Of a DNA stretch of 64,000 nucleotides, positions 24,208-34,834 are shown piece after piece; within the stretch, counting starts at the first letter, position 1, and each line of letters opens with the position of its first letter. Below the pieces are notes generated by a model. That model was not told the DNA's origin, made no database searches, and saw only the letters and a program-made list of their open reading frames with translations. A program made the position numbers and the translations under genes. Origin of the DNA: Scyliorhinus canicula. Its lineage: Eukaryota. The DNA lies in the NCBI RefSeq assembly GCF_902713615.1, contig NC_052153.1:94304301-94368300 (forward strand). The letters run 5' to 3'.

Positions 24208-24557
24208 TAGAACATAGAACAGTACAGCACAGAACAGGCCATTCGGCCCTCGATGTTGTGCCGAGCAATGATCACCCTACTCAAACCCACGTATCCACCC
24301 TATACCCGTAACCCAACAACCCCCCCCCCCCCCCCTTAACCTTACTATTAGGACACTACGGGCAATTTAGCATGGCCAATCCACCTAACCCGCTCATCTT
24401 TGGACTGTGGGAGGAAACCGGAGTACCCGGACAAAACCCACGCACACACGGGGAGGACGTGCAGACTTCACACAGACAGTGACCCAGCCGGGAATCGAAC
24501 CTGGGACCCTGGAGCTGTGAAGCATTTATGATAACCACCATGCTACCGTGCTGCCCC
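24208..24557 (-). mobile_element. HE1-like SINE with CR1-type tail
   Basis: Nearly the same sequence as the 2136-2462 copy. Confidence 0.92.
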
Positions 24558-25004
24558 AATTTTATAATTAATTATTTTAACTAGTCAAGAACTAGATGTT
24601 CTGTAGTGCATCATTCAGACTGACCAGTCCACAGAACATGACACACCCTTCTCCCACGTCAATGAATTTTGCCAGAGGTGGTAAATGGGGTCGAGGATCC
24701 CAGAATCATCTTCCACCCACCCGTATCAGCTGATCTGGTGAAAATCTGGGCCCATAAAATCTTTATTCCGCGCAAACCATTAATGCTTATTTTCTTTTTA
24801 ATTAATCATAAAATTATTAATTGTAATATATATTTAAACCTAGCTGGTAAATTCATGTGTTGATAGTTAACATTTTCAATGCTCCTGGCATTTGTAGTAG
24901 TTTGTGCATTTTTCTGTAAGTTAATGCTGACAATAAAGATCACAATGTTTAACTTCACAAAAATACACAGAGCATCAAGTAATTCAGTATATTTTTTGTT
25001 TCAG

Positions 25005-25088
25005 TTTATTTGGATGGAACAAACTCTCCAGATGCGTTGTTTGCACGAGTATATGAAAATATTTTAAAGGAAGTTCAAAAACTCCAAG
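25005..25088 (+). CDS. NMRK1: NMRK1 exon (84 bp)
   Basis: tcag|TT TAT..CAA G|gtcacg encodes IYLDGTNSPDALFARVYENILKEVQKLQ (NRK YLDGT motif). Confidence 0.93.
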
Positions 25089-25169
25089 GTCACGCTTTTT
25101 TTTCTTGTGTTCCATGCTTCTGTTTTGATAGAATGAGGAGCCGCAATATTAGCTAAATGGTTTAATCTT

Positions 25170-25870
25170 AAAATGAGTACAGGAACAGATAGACCCTGGG
25201 TTTTGCCCATAGAAGTCTTTGGTGGCAGGGTAAATTGAGAAACCGCTCAGAAAAATACTTCAGATCCTTGGCTTTATAAATAGTGTAGAATACAATAACA
25301 AGGAAGTTATACTAAACCTTTATTAAATCATTGGATAGGCACCTGCTGAAATATTGAGTCCAATTCTGGTAACCACGCATTAGGAAGGATTTCAATGCCT
25401 TGGACTAGGCACAGAAGAGGTTTATGGAATGATAGCCGGGATGTGAGACTTAATTAATTAATTAATGATCTTTAGACGAGAGAAGCTGTTTTTTCCCCTC
25501 CTAAGTACAGAAGGATAAGGGGAGATTTAATAGAAGCAGTCAAAACAATTAAACATTTTGATAATGTAAATAATGGTTTACAATGGCCGAAAGGTCAGTA
25601 ACCAGAAAACGCATATATAATTGACAAAAAGCAGAGGCAAGATGAAGAGGATTCTTTTTACACAATGTTATTATGATCTAGAATGCACTGTCTGAAAGGG
25701 CAGTGGAATAATTCAGTCATGATTACTGATAACTTTCGCAAGAAAATTGGAGTAATGCTTAAGAGGGAAACATTTGCAGAATTCCAGGGAGAGGGCAGAG
25801 GAATTGCAATAATTAAATAGCTCTTTCAAAGAGCTCGCATCGGCACAATGGCCTGAATTTCTCTGTGAAT
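25170..25870 (+). mobile_element. Highly decayed CR1 3' fragment
   Basis: Remnants of LEYCVQFWSP and RGDLIE coding patterns. Confidence 0.6.
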
Positions 25871-26180
25871 TAAGAAGGCAAACAACCTCCACTTTTAGAA
25901 AGTGACCTTCTCTTCCATACAAGTGGAATTAGGAATGATTTAACGAATGTGTTTGCGCCACACTTATGGTTTTTCAAACAATTCCTGCATGGGTGCTCTG
26001 ACCAACATTCTGCCAATTTTAACATTAATAAGCCTTTACTCCAAATGAACATTAGTTTACACCTATTTAACCAGCTTGCTTTTATCATTATGCCATACCA
26101 CATAATAGAAAGTTACTGATTTGTGAGTTGAAAACAGCTTTCTTTCATTGACTGTATCATAATGATTGGCTTTTTTATAG

Positions 26181-26191
26181 ATTGTTGCTGA
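26181..26191 (+). CDS. NMRK1: Probable NMRK1 terminal coding exon (..D-C-C-stop)
   Basis: Acceptor ttttttatag at 26171-26180. The phase-1 junction gives GAT TGT TGC TGA, and a short last exon fits NMRK1 structure. Too short to prove by homology. Confidence 0.6.
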
Positions 26192-26346
26192 CTAACTGAC
26201 ACCTCTGAAATAGGATATTGGAAAATTGAAGATTCTGGTGAACAAATGACTTGCAGCACCGAGCTATCTATGACTGAAGGCGATTTGGTGAAAATCCAGA
26301 GATTCTATTGGAATTTGCATAAACCAAGCCTTTGAATAATCCATGC

Positions 26347-26746
26347 ATTCAAGATTTTGCATTTGAACATTTCCTGCCCTCAAAATTTCACATCCTGTTA
26401 TTATTACAACATTTGAGTGATGCTTTAGTTTATTTCCTAATGTCAACATTAATCATGGGAATTCTCTATTTACCTATAATAAGTAATAGTCTGTCATATT
26501 TCTGCAGTTTCCTCCAGCAAATCGGATTGTGGTAGCTGCTCTGCTCATCTTGCAACCAACTACCTTTTTGTGGCACATGTTTGAAAGTGCTTTCTCTTGC
26601 TTCAGCCTGTGGCCAGGATTTTCCAGCACCACCAGTGGTGCATATCGTTGCTGGCAGCGCTGGAAAATCCCAGCCAATGTCGAGGAACTAAACACAAGTT
26701 CAGCGATTCAACAACATATTTTGTGCTTTTTTCGCACCTCACATAA
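26347..26746 (+). repeat. Left arm of ~400-bp inverted repeat (in probable NMRK1 3'UTR)
   Basis: Reverse complement of 28644-29044; by-eye alignment gives ~14 substitutions and 4 small indels. Confidence 0.97.
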
Positions 26747-27130
26747 TTAAAATTTTAAAAACTGATTCTTCTTTTAATTTCTGATTTTCTGCAACAGTTT
26801 TTGCAGTCTGTAGTCACACTTCTAGTATTCACCTGTTGCTGCAATTTTGTCCTATTCAGAATTTCCAAGCATGACTCTCAAATTTCTTGGTTCCCCAATG
26901 AGACTCCACGGTCCTGCCCTTTTCAAAATGTCTTTGTCACATTGTCAGAAGTTCCAACCGTCTGCATGACTATCTCCATCAAAACCTCCTTGTTTTCCAG
27001 TCCTACCTCTCTTTATACAACTATATTTCCCTTATTCATGCTCCAATAATGCTGTGAATTATGATATCTTGCTTCTTAATTGTTGTGGCATAGCTTTACT
27101 GCAACCACAAGCAAATTATTGCACCTTTTG

Positions 27131-27136
27131 AATAAA
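27131..27136 (+). terminator. Candidate NMRK1 polyadenylation signal
   Basis: AATAAA followed by GT/T-rich TGTGGTGTCTCTGTTTTATTTTT. Confidence 0.5.
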
Positions 27137-27860
27137 TGTGGTGTCTCTGTTTTATTTTTAAGTGTCTAGCCATTTACAACTTTCATTATCATCTCCGCTG
27201 TGAGACTTTTTTTCCAACTACCATCGCTTTGCCCATACACAGCCCGAGTATTGATGACCCTGTCCTACCTCCCATCCTTCCCATACCCTACATTCAAATT
27301 TGAAGCTATCTTTCATATTCTTATTTTCATGCAATGCACACGCATTACTCAATTTGCTTTCTTCCTGCTACATCAGACCTATGTCTTTCCTATTACTAGT
27401 CTGTATCATTTTTCATGCTAAAGGGCCCTGCCTCTTGGGCTATCCTAATCCCACTTTCATTTATTTTCCCACCCCGCTCCCCCACCTTCTCATTAGGTAT
27501 TCTACTGCAGTGCTACCACAACCTGTCTCTAGCTTCCATCTCAGCCCTACTCTTAGATCGTTTTCTCAGATTGCATTTGGCCTAACACCTTGCAAATTTC
27601 ACTGTCAATTCTTCATCTTTCCTCTGTCATTATGTTCCAACTTTAATCTAACATTTTATTCCAATACTACTCTTTGTCTCATCCTCGAAACTTCTAGCTC
27701 AATCCTCATCCATATCTAATTTTCTCTTCTTCCATCATGCTTTACACCTCTTCGACATCCCAGTCCCACTCCTCAATTCTTCAATATCCACCCCAACACA
27801 TCCCAGATATAATCTTTCAATTTTATATTCCAAGTTGGGCTTTATCTCAACCAACCATCT

Positions 27861-28293
27861 AAGAACAAGAACAAAGAAAATTACAGCACAGGAACAGGCC
27901 CTTCGGCCCTCCCAGCCTGCGCCGATCCAGATCCTTTATCTAAATCTGTCTCCTATTTTCCAAGGTCTACTTCCCTTTGTTCCCACCCGTTCATATACCC
28001 GTCTAGATGGCTCTTAAATGATGCTATCGTGCCCGCCTCTACCACCTCCGCTGGTAAAGCGTTCCAGGCACCCACCACTCTCTGCGTAAAAAACTTTCCA
28101 TGCACATCTCCCTTAAACTTTCCCCCTCTCACTTTGAAATCGTGATCCCTTGTAACTGACACCCCCACTCTTGGAAAAAGCTTGTTGCTATCCACCCTGT
28201 CCATACTCTCATAATTTTGTAGACCTCAATCAGGTCCCCCCTCAACCTCCGTCTTTCCAATGAAAACAATCCTAATGTACTCAACCTTTCTTC
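27861..28293 (-). mobile_element. Young CR1 3' fragment
   Basis: Near-identical reverse complement of ~13390-13818. Confidence 0.93.
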
Positions 28294-28643
28294 AACTAGA
28301 CCCCATCAAGGCCAGTCCAATCTTTCTAATTTCAAGTTTATAAAATAGGCTCACAGAACTCAGAGCTAGATTTTAATAAGCCAAATTCAGAGACTACAAG
28401 ATATATACTTCCATTTAGCACACATTTCCAGTTCCAACTTTACTTATTGTACTTTGTTCATTACACTGCTATTGCTATGAAACAGTTCATACTTGACACA
28501 ACATGAAAAATATTATTTCATAATAAAAGGTGGACATAGCATGTTGGAGTAATGTCTCATTGTAATGTGAAAGTTTTTATATTATCCAATAAAATATTAA
28601 AATGACTGCATTCTGATTATTATTCAATAAGTACATTGACAGT

Positions 28644-29044
28644 TTATGTGAGGGGGGAAAAAAAAGCACAAAATATGTTGTTGAATCGCTGAACTTGTAT
28701 TTAGTTCCTCGACAGTGTCTTAGGATTTTCCAGCGCTGCCAGCGACGATATGCACCACTGGTGGTGCTGGAAAATCCTGGCCACAGGCTGAAGCAAGAGA
28801 AAGCACTTTCAAACATGTGGCCACGAAAAGATTGTTGGTTGCAAGATGAGCAGAGCAGCTACCACAATCCCATTTGCTGGAGGAAACTTCAGAAATATGA
28901 CAGACTATTACTTATAGGTAAATAGAGAATTCCCATGATTAATGTTGACATTAGGAAATAAACTAAAGCATCACTCAAATGTTGTGATAATAACAGGATG
29001 TGAAATTTTGAGGGCAGGAAATGTTCAAATGTAAAATCTTGAAT
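28644..29044 (-). repeat. Right arm of ~400-bp inverted repeat
   Basis: Reverse complement of 26347-26746. Confidence 0.97.
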
Positions 29045-30014
29045 AAAAAAATAATTTTTAAAAACAAATTATTCTTTGAACTGCTAGCTATAAACTGCGA
29101 TAACAGCAGTAAGAAAAAATAAATAATGAATGACACATCATGTCTTCAGTTTGTCATCTGTGCTTCATATCCAATTCATTATTTTTTGAATTTCATTTAT
29201 TGTTGTTACATAGGCAGATATGGTCACTAGTGTAATAAATGCCAAGTTAATCTGTTGGGTTAGTTGGGAGCTATATACCTGCTATGACACTAGCACAGCT
29301 TTTACTCTTCAAATAGTGGCCCAAGAGGTGGAATTTTATGCCGTGATGGTCTGACTGGGTGCATTCCAGAAGCAGGAAGAGATGGGGCAGGGTCATAAAA
29401 TTGGATAGCGGGGGTGCTGTACCCATCACTGGTACTGTGGGCTTCGGGCAGCTCGCCATCCTTGGGCTAATTGAGGCCCTTAAGTGGAAAATTAATGCCC
29501 TGTTTCTATCTTCCTGCTGCTTGCTATTTTACCATCGGAGGGGGTGCCCAGCCCCATGGCGAAGGCACCAGAATTTACCAGCTGGCGACTTTGCTTGGGG
29601 ATGAGATGGGGCCCTCCTGCTTGGGCACTCTGTACCCACCTGAGGCCCCACCCCATGCATTTGTTCCTGCTCCTGGTTTCTATTTGCCCCTCACTGGGAA
29701 TTGCCAGACTGGCCTGGCAAATCCCGCACCCCCTTACCTAGGTGCCTGACTGCAGTCACTATATTTTGTTAGGAAATGAATGTAACCCAACAGTGGCAAC
29801 CAATCCTGGAGGTGCTACGGGAACCAGAGCTCCGTTGGCCACTTGATTGGGTGGTAGCTCTCGGAAGTGTAACTTACTCACAAATAGGGTGGCAGTATCA
29901 TCTTGAGTCAATTAACTGTCCAATGGCAGTAAAATCTGCTTGGAACTTCCCCACCAAGCATAGGCAGGCCCACTCTCATCTTTTAAGCTATTGGTGGGGC
30001 AACCACCGTGTTGT

Positions 30015-30302
30015 ATTTGGTGTTCGATGTCCAGCAAGGAATCTACCAAGACTTGAGTCTTGTCCAAACCAGGTTCTTTATTGAATCACACGTGGTAAGA
30101 TAGTGCTCTGTTACAGAGCAAGTTATCATGGAGTTTCTTTGTGCTCCTCTGGAACTACACCTAACACGACTATCCACCTGTACGTCTTATAACCATCTGA
30201 TCATGACCGGACATGTCCGCACACTCCCATGTAAAATTTCATCCATGATCTAAGTTAACTGACTATTGGTGTAGAATCTCATCTGAAATATTGCAACCAA
30301 CA
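30015..30302 (-). mobile_element. Possible old solo LTR
   Basis: Ends in ..CCAACA, with minus-strand AATAAA at 30077-30082. The left terminus and TSD are degenerate. Confidence 0.3.
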
Positions 30303-30689
30303 ATCTAGAATTGTTATATTGGAGTGCTCACCCTGGAATTACTGCACAAAGTTTTCACCACCATTAACAAAATGGCTGCAAGAAGTAGCAGTAAAAATAT
30401 ATAGTTTTGCCACTTGAGTCACAAACCCAACTACTTACATTTATATAACACGTTTAACACATTAAAATATCCTAAGGGACTTTGTGGAGCAGAAACAAAA
30501 GGTTTTTTTATTCTTTCACGGGGTGTGGGTGTCACTGGTTTTTCCAGTAAATGTTAGGTCTGCAATGTACTATGAGTGCACGGTGAAGGCAGGTCCGATA
30601 GGGACATTAAAACGACAATTAGACTGTTAAATGAAAAATAATTATCAGCGTTCTGGGGAGAAGGCGCTAAGTAAATTGGAGCGCCAGTG

Positions 30690-31190
30690 TAGACACGATG
30701 GGCCGAACAGCCGCCTTCTGGGCTGTGACAATGACGGTGTGTTTATTAAAATCAGTTTTAAAGCGAGAGTATTTGGCAACATTCTTGCGGTTGACACCTG
30801 ACGTACAGCTGATTGAGCGTTCTGTTCCTAAATCCTCCGGGCCTCCAGGTGTCGCTGTGATGCGAGAATGTGGCTAGTGCGCGCGCGTGCGCGCGCGGTA
30901 CGGCCGCTCTTTCTGTCGCCGTCTCCTCGGCGCGGTTGTGAGGCAAGGATTTTGTTGGCGGCGGCTTTGCGGAGAAGAGGAAAAGGAGAAAAGATGGAGA
31001 ACGAGAACAACGAGCACTGCCCCGGGGAGGAACAAGAGAAAGAGGAGGAGGATCGCTTGGAGAAAGAGCACTTCTGGAAAATCATTAATGCTTTTAGATA
31101 TTATAGGTAAACTGGAAATAAACAGGCGGCCACCCAGTTGAGGGGGTGAGAGGAGGCAGCCCAGGCCTGAGAGGGGGAGGTGGTCAGGGG
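30690..31190 (+). promoter_or_regulatory. CpG-island promoter of CARNMT1 with NRF1-like GCGC motif
   Basis: Local CpG enrichment, TGCGCGCGCGTGCGCGCGCG at 30878-30897 and a TGACG half-CRE near 30799, directly upstream of exon 1. Confidence 0.8.
30994..31106 (+). CDS. CARNMT1: Carnosine N-methyltransferase 1, exon 1
   Basis: Strong-Kozak aagATGG; MENENNEHCPGEEQEKEEEDRLEKEHFWKIINAFRYY|gtaaac matches CARNMT1 RLEREHFWKIINAFRYY. An alternative in-frame ATG lies at 30868. Confidence 0.93.
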
Positions 31191-31819
31191 CTGGCTCTCT
31201 TGACAGCAACACACACAAACCTTGGTCTACAATACAATTTACATTTACTCAGCTTCTTTATAATCCAGGCATGTTTGTTCAGAGCTATTTGTATTTATCT
31301 GTGGATAAATCCTTCTATTGTAATTCCCAGGGGATGTAAAGGGCTGTGGTGTGTCAAAAATACTGAAGATCTAGACAAACCGTCCCTTGGTTTAAATGTA
31401 ATCTCTCATTGGCCTACTGCTTTTTCTATCTCTGCTCCCCTCCCACAATGAAACACTGTTAGAAACTTAACCTATTGACCCTTTATCTAAAAGAAACACC
31501 CTATTTTGTGGGGATAAGAGGGTGGCAAAGTTTAGGATTATTAGGGAAAAGAAGGAATATCTTTGAAATTCTTCATGCCCCGTACAGATGTACTTATGTT
31601 GTGTGTATTATCTACTTCTGTAACATATTTCAGTTCAGTAATTTTAGCAGCTGTAGTTATTGTATTGATCCAGTGATTTTTTTTTGTTATTAAACTTTTT
31701 TTGCATGAATATTTAATCAATTCAATGAGTTCTCACACAAAAGAATATGCAATACAAGAGTTTGTGGAATTGGAGTTAATATGCCAGCATGGAAGTGGGG
31801 TACCACAGTATTGCAACCT

Positions 31820-32730
31820 TGGCTATTTCCATCTATGTCATTAATAAAGATTGTAGGTGTAATGTATCCAGGTTTATCGATGATACAAAGCTAGGTGGAA
31901 TACTTGAGCTATGAGGAAGACACAGCCTGCAAAGGGATGCAGACAAGTTAAGTGAGCAGGCAAGCGGGAACAGATGGGAGTATCATGTGGGGAATTTAGG
32001 TTTTCAACTTGGATAAGGATAGAAAAATATTTTTTAAATGGTGAGAAACTATTAAATATTGGTATTCAGAAGAATTGGGATGCCCTTGTACAAGGAACAC
32101 AACGTTTACTTGCAGTTATTGCAAGCAATTATGAAGGCAAATGTTGAAAATGCAGGTCTTAATTTAAAAGGGAGTTAGTGCAGGATAAGAAAGTCCTGTT
32201 GCAATTTTATAGAACTTTGGTGGGGCTGCACCTGGAGTGCTGTGTAGAGTTTTTGTCTCTACCTCTGGAAGTATATACAGGTATTTGTCTACTGTTCATT
32301 AGATTAATTCTTGCAATAAAAGGGTTGGTCTTTGAGACGAATGGGTCCATACTGAAGTTTAGAAAAATGACCGGTGATGTCTTTGAAACTGGAAGATTGT
32401 GTGTGTGTGTGTCAGATAGATTAGGTGCCGAGAGGCTGTTTCTCCAGGCTAGATCTAGGGGTCATTGTCTCATAAGGGATTGGCCATTGAGGATTGAGAT
32501 GAGAAATTTGTTAACTCGACAGGTTGCAAATCTTTAGAATTGTCTACCTAGAGCAGTAGCTGGTTAGTCATTGAGTATACTCAAGGTAGAGATGGACAGA
32601 TTTTTGGACTCAAGGGGAATCGAGGCGGAAAGTGGAATAATGGTCGATGTTTAGCCATGAGCTTAATGAATATCAGAGCAGGCTCATGGAGCTGTATGGT
32701 CTAATGCTCTTATTTTTATTCTTGCGTTCC
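31820..32730 (+). mobile_element. Decayed CR1 3' fragment
   Basis: DDTKLGG and LLQFYRTLV..HLECCV remnants plus a CR1 tail. Confidence 0.75.
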
Positions 32731-33642
32731 TTCAGAAACTATTACCATTGTTAGTGTTAGTACTCAACATTCATTCTAACTTAGGAGATCCATCTTGGAA
32801 CTCTCTTGTATATTCAAAATATCTGTGTTTTATAACTGAATTTGATTTTAAAAAAATAAAATAAATAATTTCCACTTGTTTCTTGATTTTTTTTTCAATG
32901 CATTTTTCAAGATTCAATTTGATTTCACTTTCTATGCTTTGTAGAGGATCAAAGGGGTAGAAGTAGTGTTTTGAAAGTAAATAATACAGCACTGAATGGC
33001 TTGGCTTTCAATCTGTTGTCTTCAATGCCCAGTGTGTATTCTACATATATCATAAATTTCTCAATTTCATTCCTAGACTTTTCCCCTCAAAATTAAGTTA
33101 CTAAAATATAAGTCTTGCATCAGTTGTGCATGGAACAATTTTATTTTCTACATTGAGTTTCTAGTTAAGACAAATGGCTGTCTGAAACTAGATTTGCTTT
33201 TTTGTCCGTTGTAAATAATGGAAATAAGGAAAGGGAAGTGTGTACATATATATAGATTTAGCTTAATTTTAAATGTCCCCAATAAGTTTGCAGATGCAAG
33301 AAATCAAACAAATGCTTTTAAAAGTATTAATTATAAAATAGCATTAAACACTAAAATACATCATATTCCATGTGTTTCATCATAATAAGCAGTGATGCCA
33401 TGTATTTGAAAATAAAAGATCTACGTGAGTAAACCAACTAGCTTCTGCACCCATGCACTTGAAAATAACTTGCAGAAAATTTATAGAGACATTTCGAACT
33501 TAAAGGGCAGTATGAAAACATGCGAGGAGTTCAATTCATAATTTTATTCGTTAAACTAACCCGGATAATATTTTGTGAAATGGTGCAACGGTATCTGCTT
33601 ATTAACTTGTGATGTAATTATATTGAGAATATATTCAAACAT

Positions 33643-33756
33643 TTTTTTTTAAAATTTAGATTACCCAATTATTTTTTCCAATTAAGGGGCAATTTAGCGT
33701 GGCCAATCCACCTACTCTGCACATTTTTGGGTTGTGGGGGCGAAACCCACGCAGAC
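33643..33756 (-). mobile_element. 5'-truncated poly(A)-tailed HE1-like SINE with perfect 17-bp TSD
   Basis: AGAATATATTCAAACAT at 33626-33642 and 33757-33773. Confidence 0.92.
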
Positions 33757-34834
33757 AGAATATATTCAAACATAATAAATTTTAAACATTTCCGAATTAA
33801 AGCTGAATTCACAGTTCTAGATGTGGATGCTCAACATGTAAGCATATAATTCTGAGTGAATTTGCAATTCTGTTGTGATCAGCCCACTTCCATTGACTGT
33901 CTTAGTAAAAGATGAACTACAGATAATAACATGAAAGCACCAATATATAAAATAGTTATATTTTCACTGAACAATACATAGTAGGAAGTTAAATTTGAAA
34001 ATTGGGATTGGTTTGCACTTTCCAATGCAGCCCTGTATCAATACCCAGCTCCCTTTGGATTATCTTGGGTGTTCAGTTTATCTGGAGGAGATAATGATAG
34101 CTAAAATGACAGATTATTGATCACAATTGAAGTGAAGACATATTTTGTGTATGGGGTAATTGTCAGTGGGTGAGTGGCACTGATGAGGAACAAGGCAGTA
34201 ATTCTTTTGAATAGCGTATCAACAATGCTGAAACAAATTATGCTTAAATTATCTGGCAGCCATAAATTTTAATTACTATGTGTTGAGGTCACTCAATACA
34301 GCATTATGTAAGTGGGAAGCTATGTCTCCATGTTCTCAACTTGAACATTGAGATCCCTGAAGGGTTTTGACTTTCCTTCATTGTGCTATTTTCCCTCCTA
34401 TATCTATGAATAAAAAATCTGCCATGCAGTATACCATTTGATTTATAAAAAAAACACAGATTGTTCCTGTAACTTATAGGTTGAGAGTGGAACTACGTGC
34501 AATAGCTTGCTTCAATGTCTAAGTCATAGCCCATGTTTTCAGTTGCTAAAACTTTTAAGTATGGAAGTATGAACTATGCACCAGATTTTTATATTACTTC
34601 CGTTATACAATTATTCAAAGTGATGAAATTTATTATTGCAAGATTTGATGTGGCTAGCTACAGAATAAATATCTGAACTATGTTAGTTCTTTATCCAGTA
34701 ATTCAAGTGAATTATGTATTTGTGAGCATTGGCATAAATGTCAGGTTATAAGGGCATGGCACAATTTTGGAAATTTTAATGAAGGTGGTTGAATGAGACC
34801 TGAATGAGCACTCAAACAATAACACCGGGGTGGG

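Larger units (their letters stand above)
24005..24643 (+). mobile_element. Solo LTR (Gypsy-type) with 5-bp TSD CACCC, interrupted by a SINE
   Basis: TGTGATG...CATGACA termini, CACCC at 24000-24004 and 24644-24648. Its first 12 nt match the LTR at 22120. Confidence 0.85.

Noticed and set aside
26189-26191. UGA as selenocysteine (Cys-Cys-Sec)
   Set aside because: No convincing SECIS was found by eye, and NRKs are not known selenoproteins.
26474-28925. Mirror-image short ORFs (MFESAFSCFSLWPG.., ..QRRYAPLVVLENPG..) as a small gene pair
   Set aside because: By-product of the inverted duplication; indels shift the frames between arms and there is no recognisable homology.
26347-29044. Inverted repeat as TIRs of a DNA transposon
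   Set aside because: No TSD, no recognisable TIR terminal motif and no transposase in the spacer. Not fully excluded without a copy-number search.
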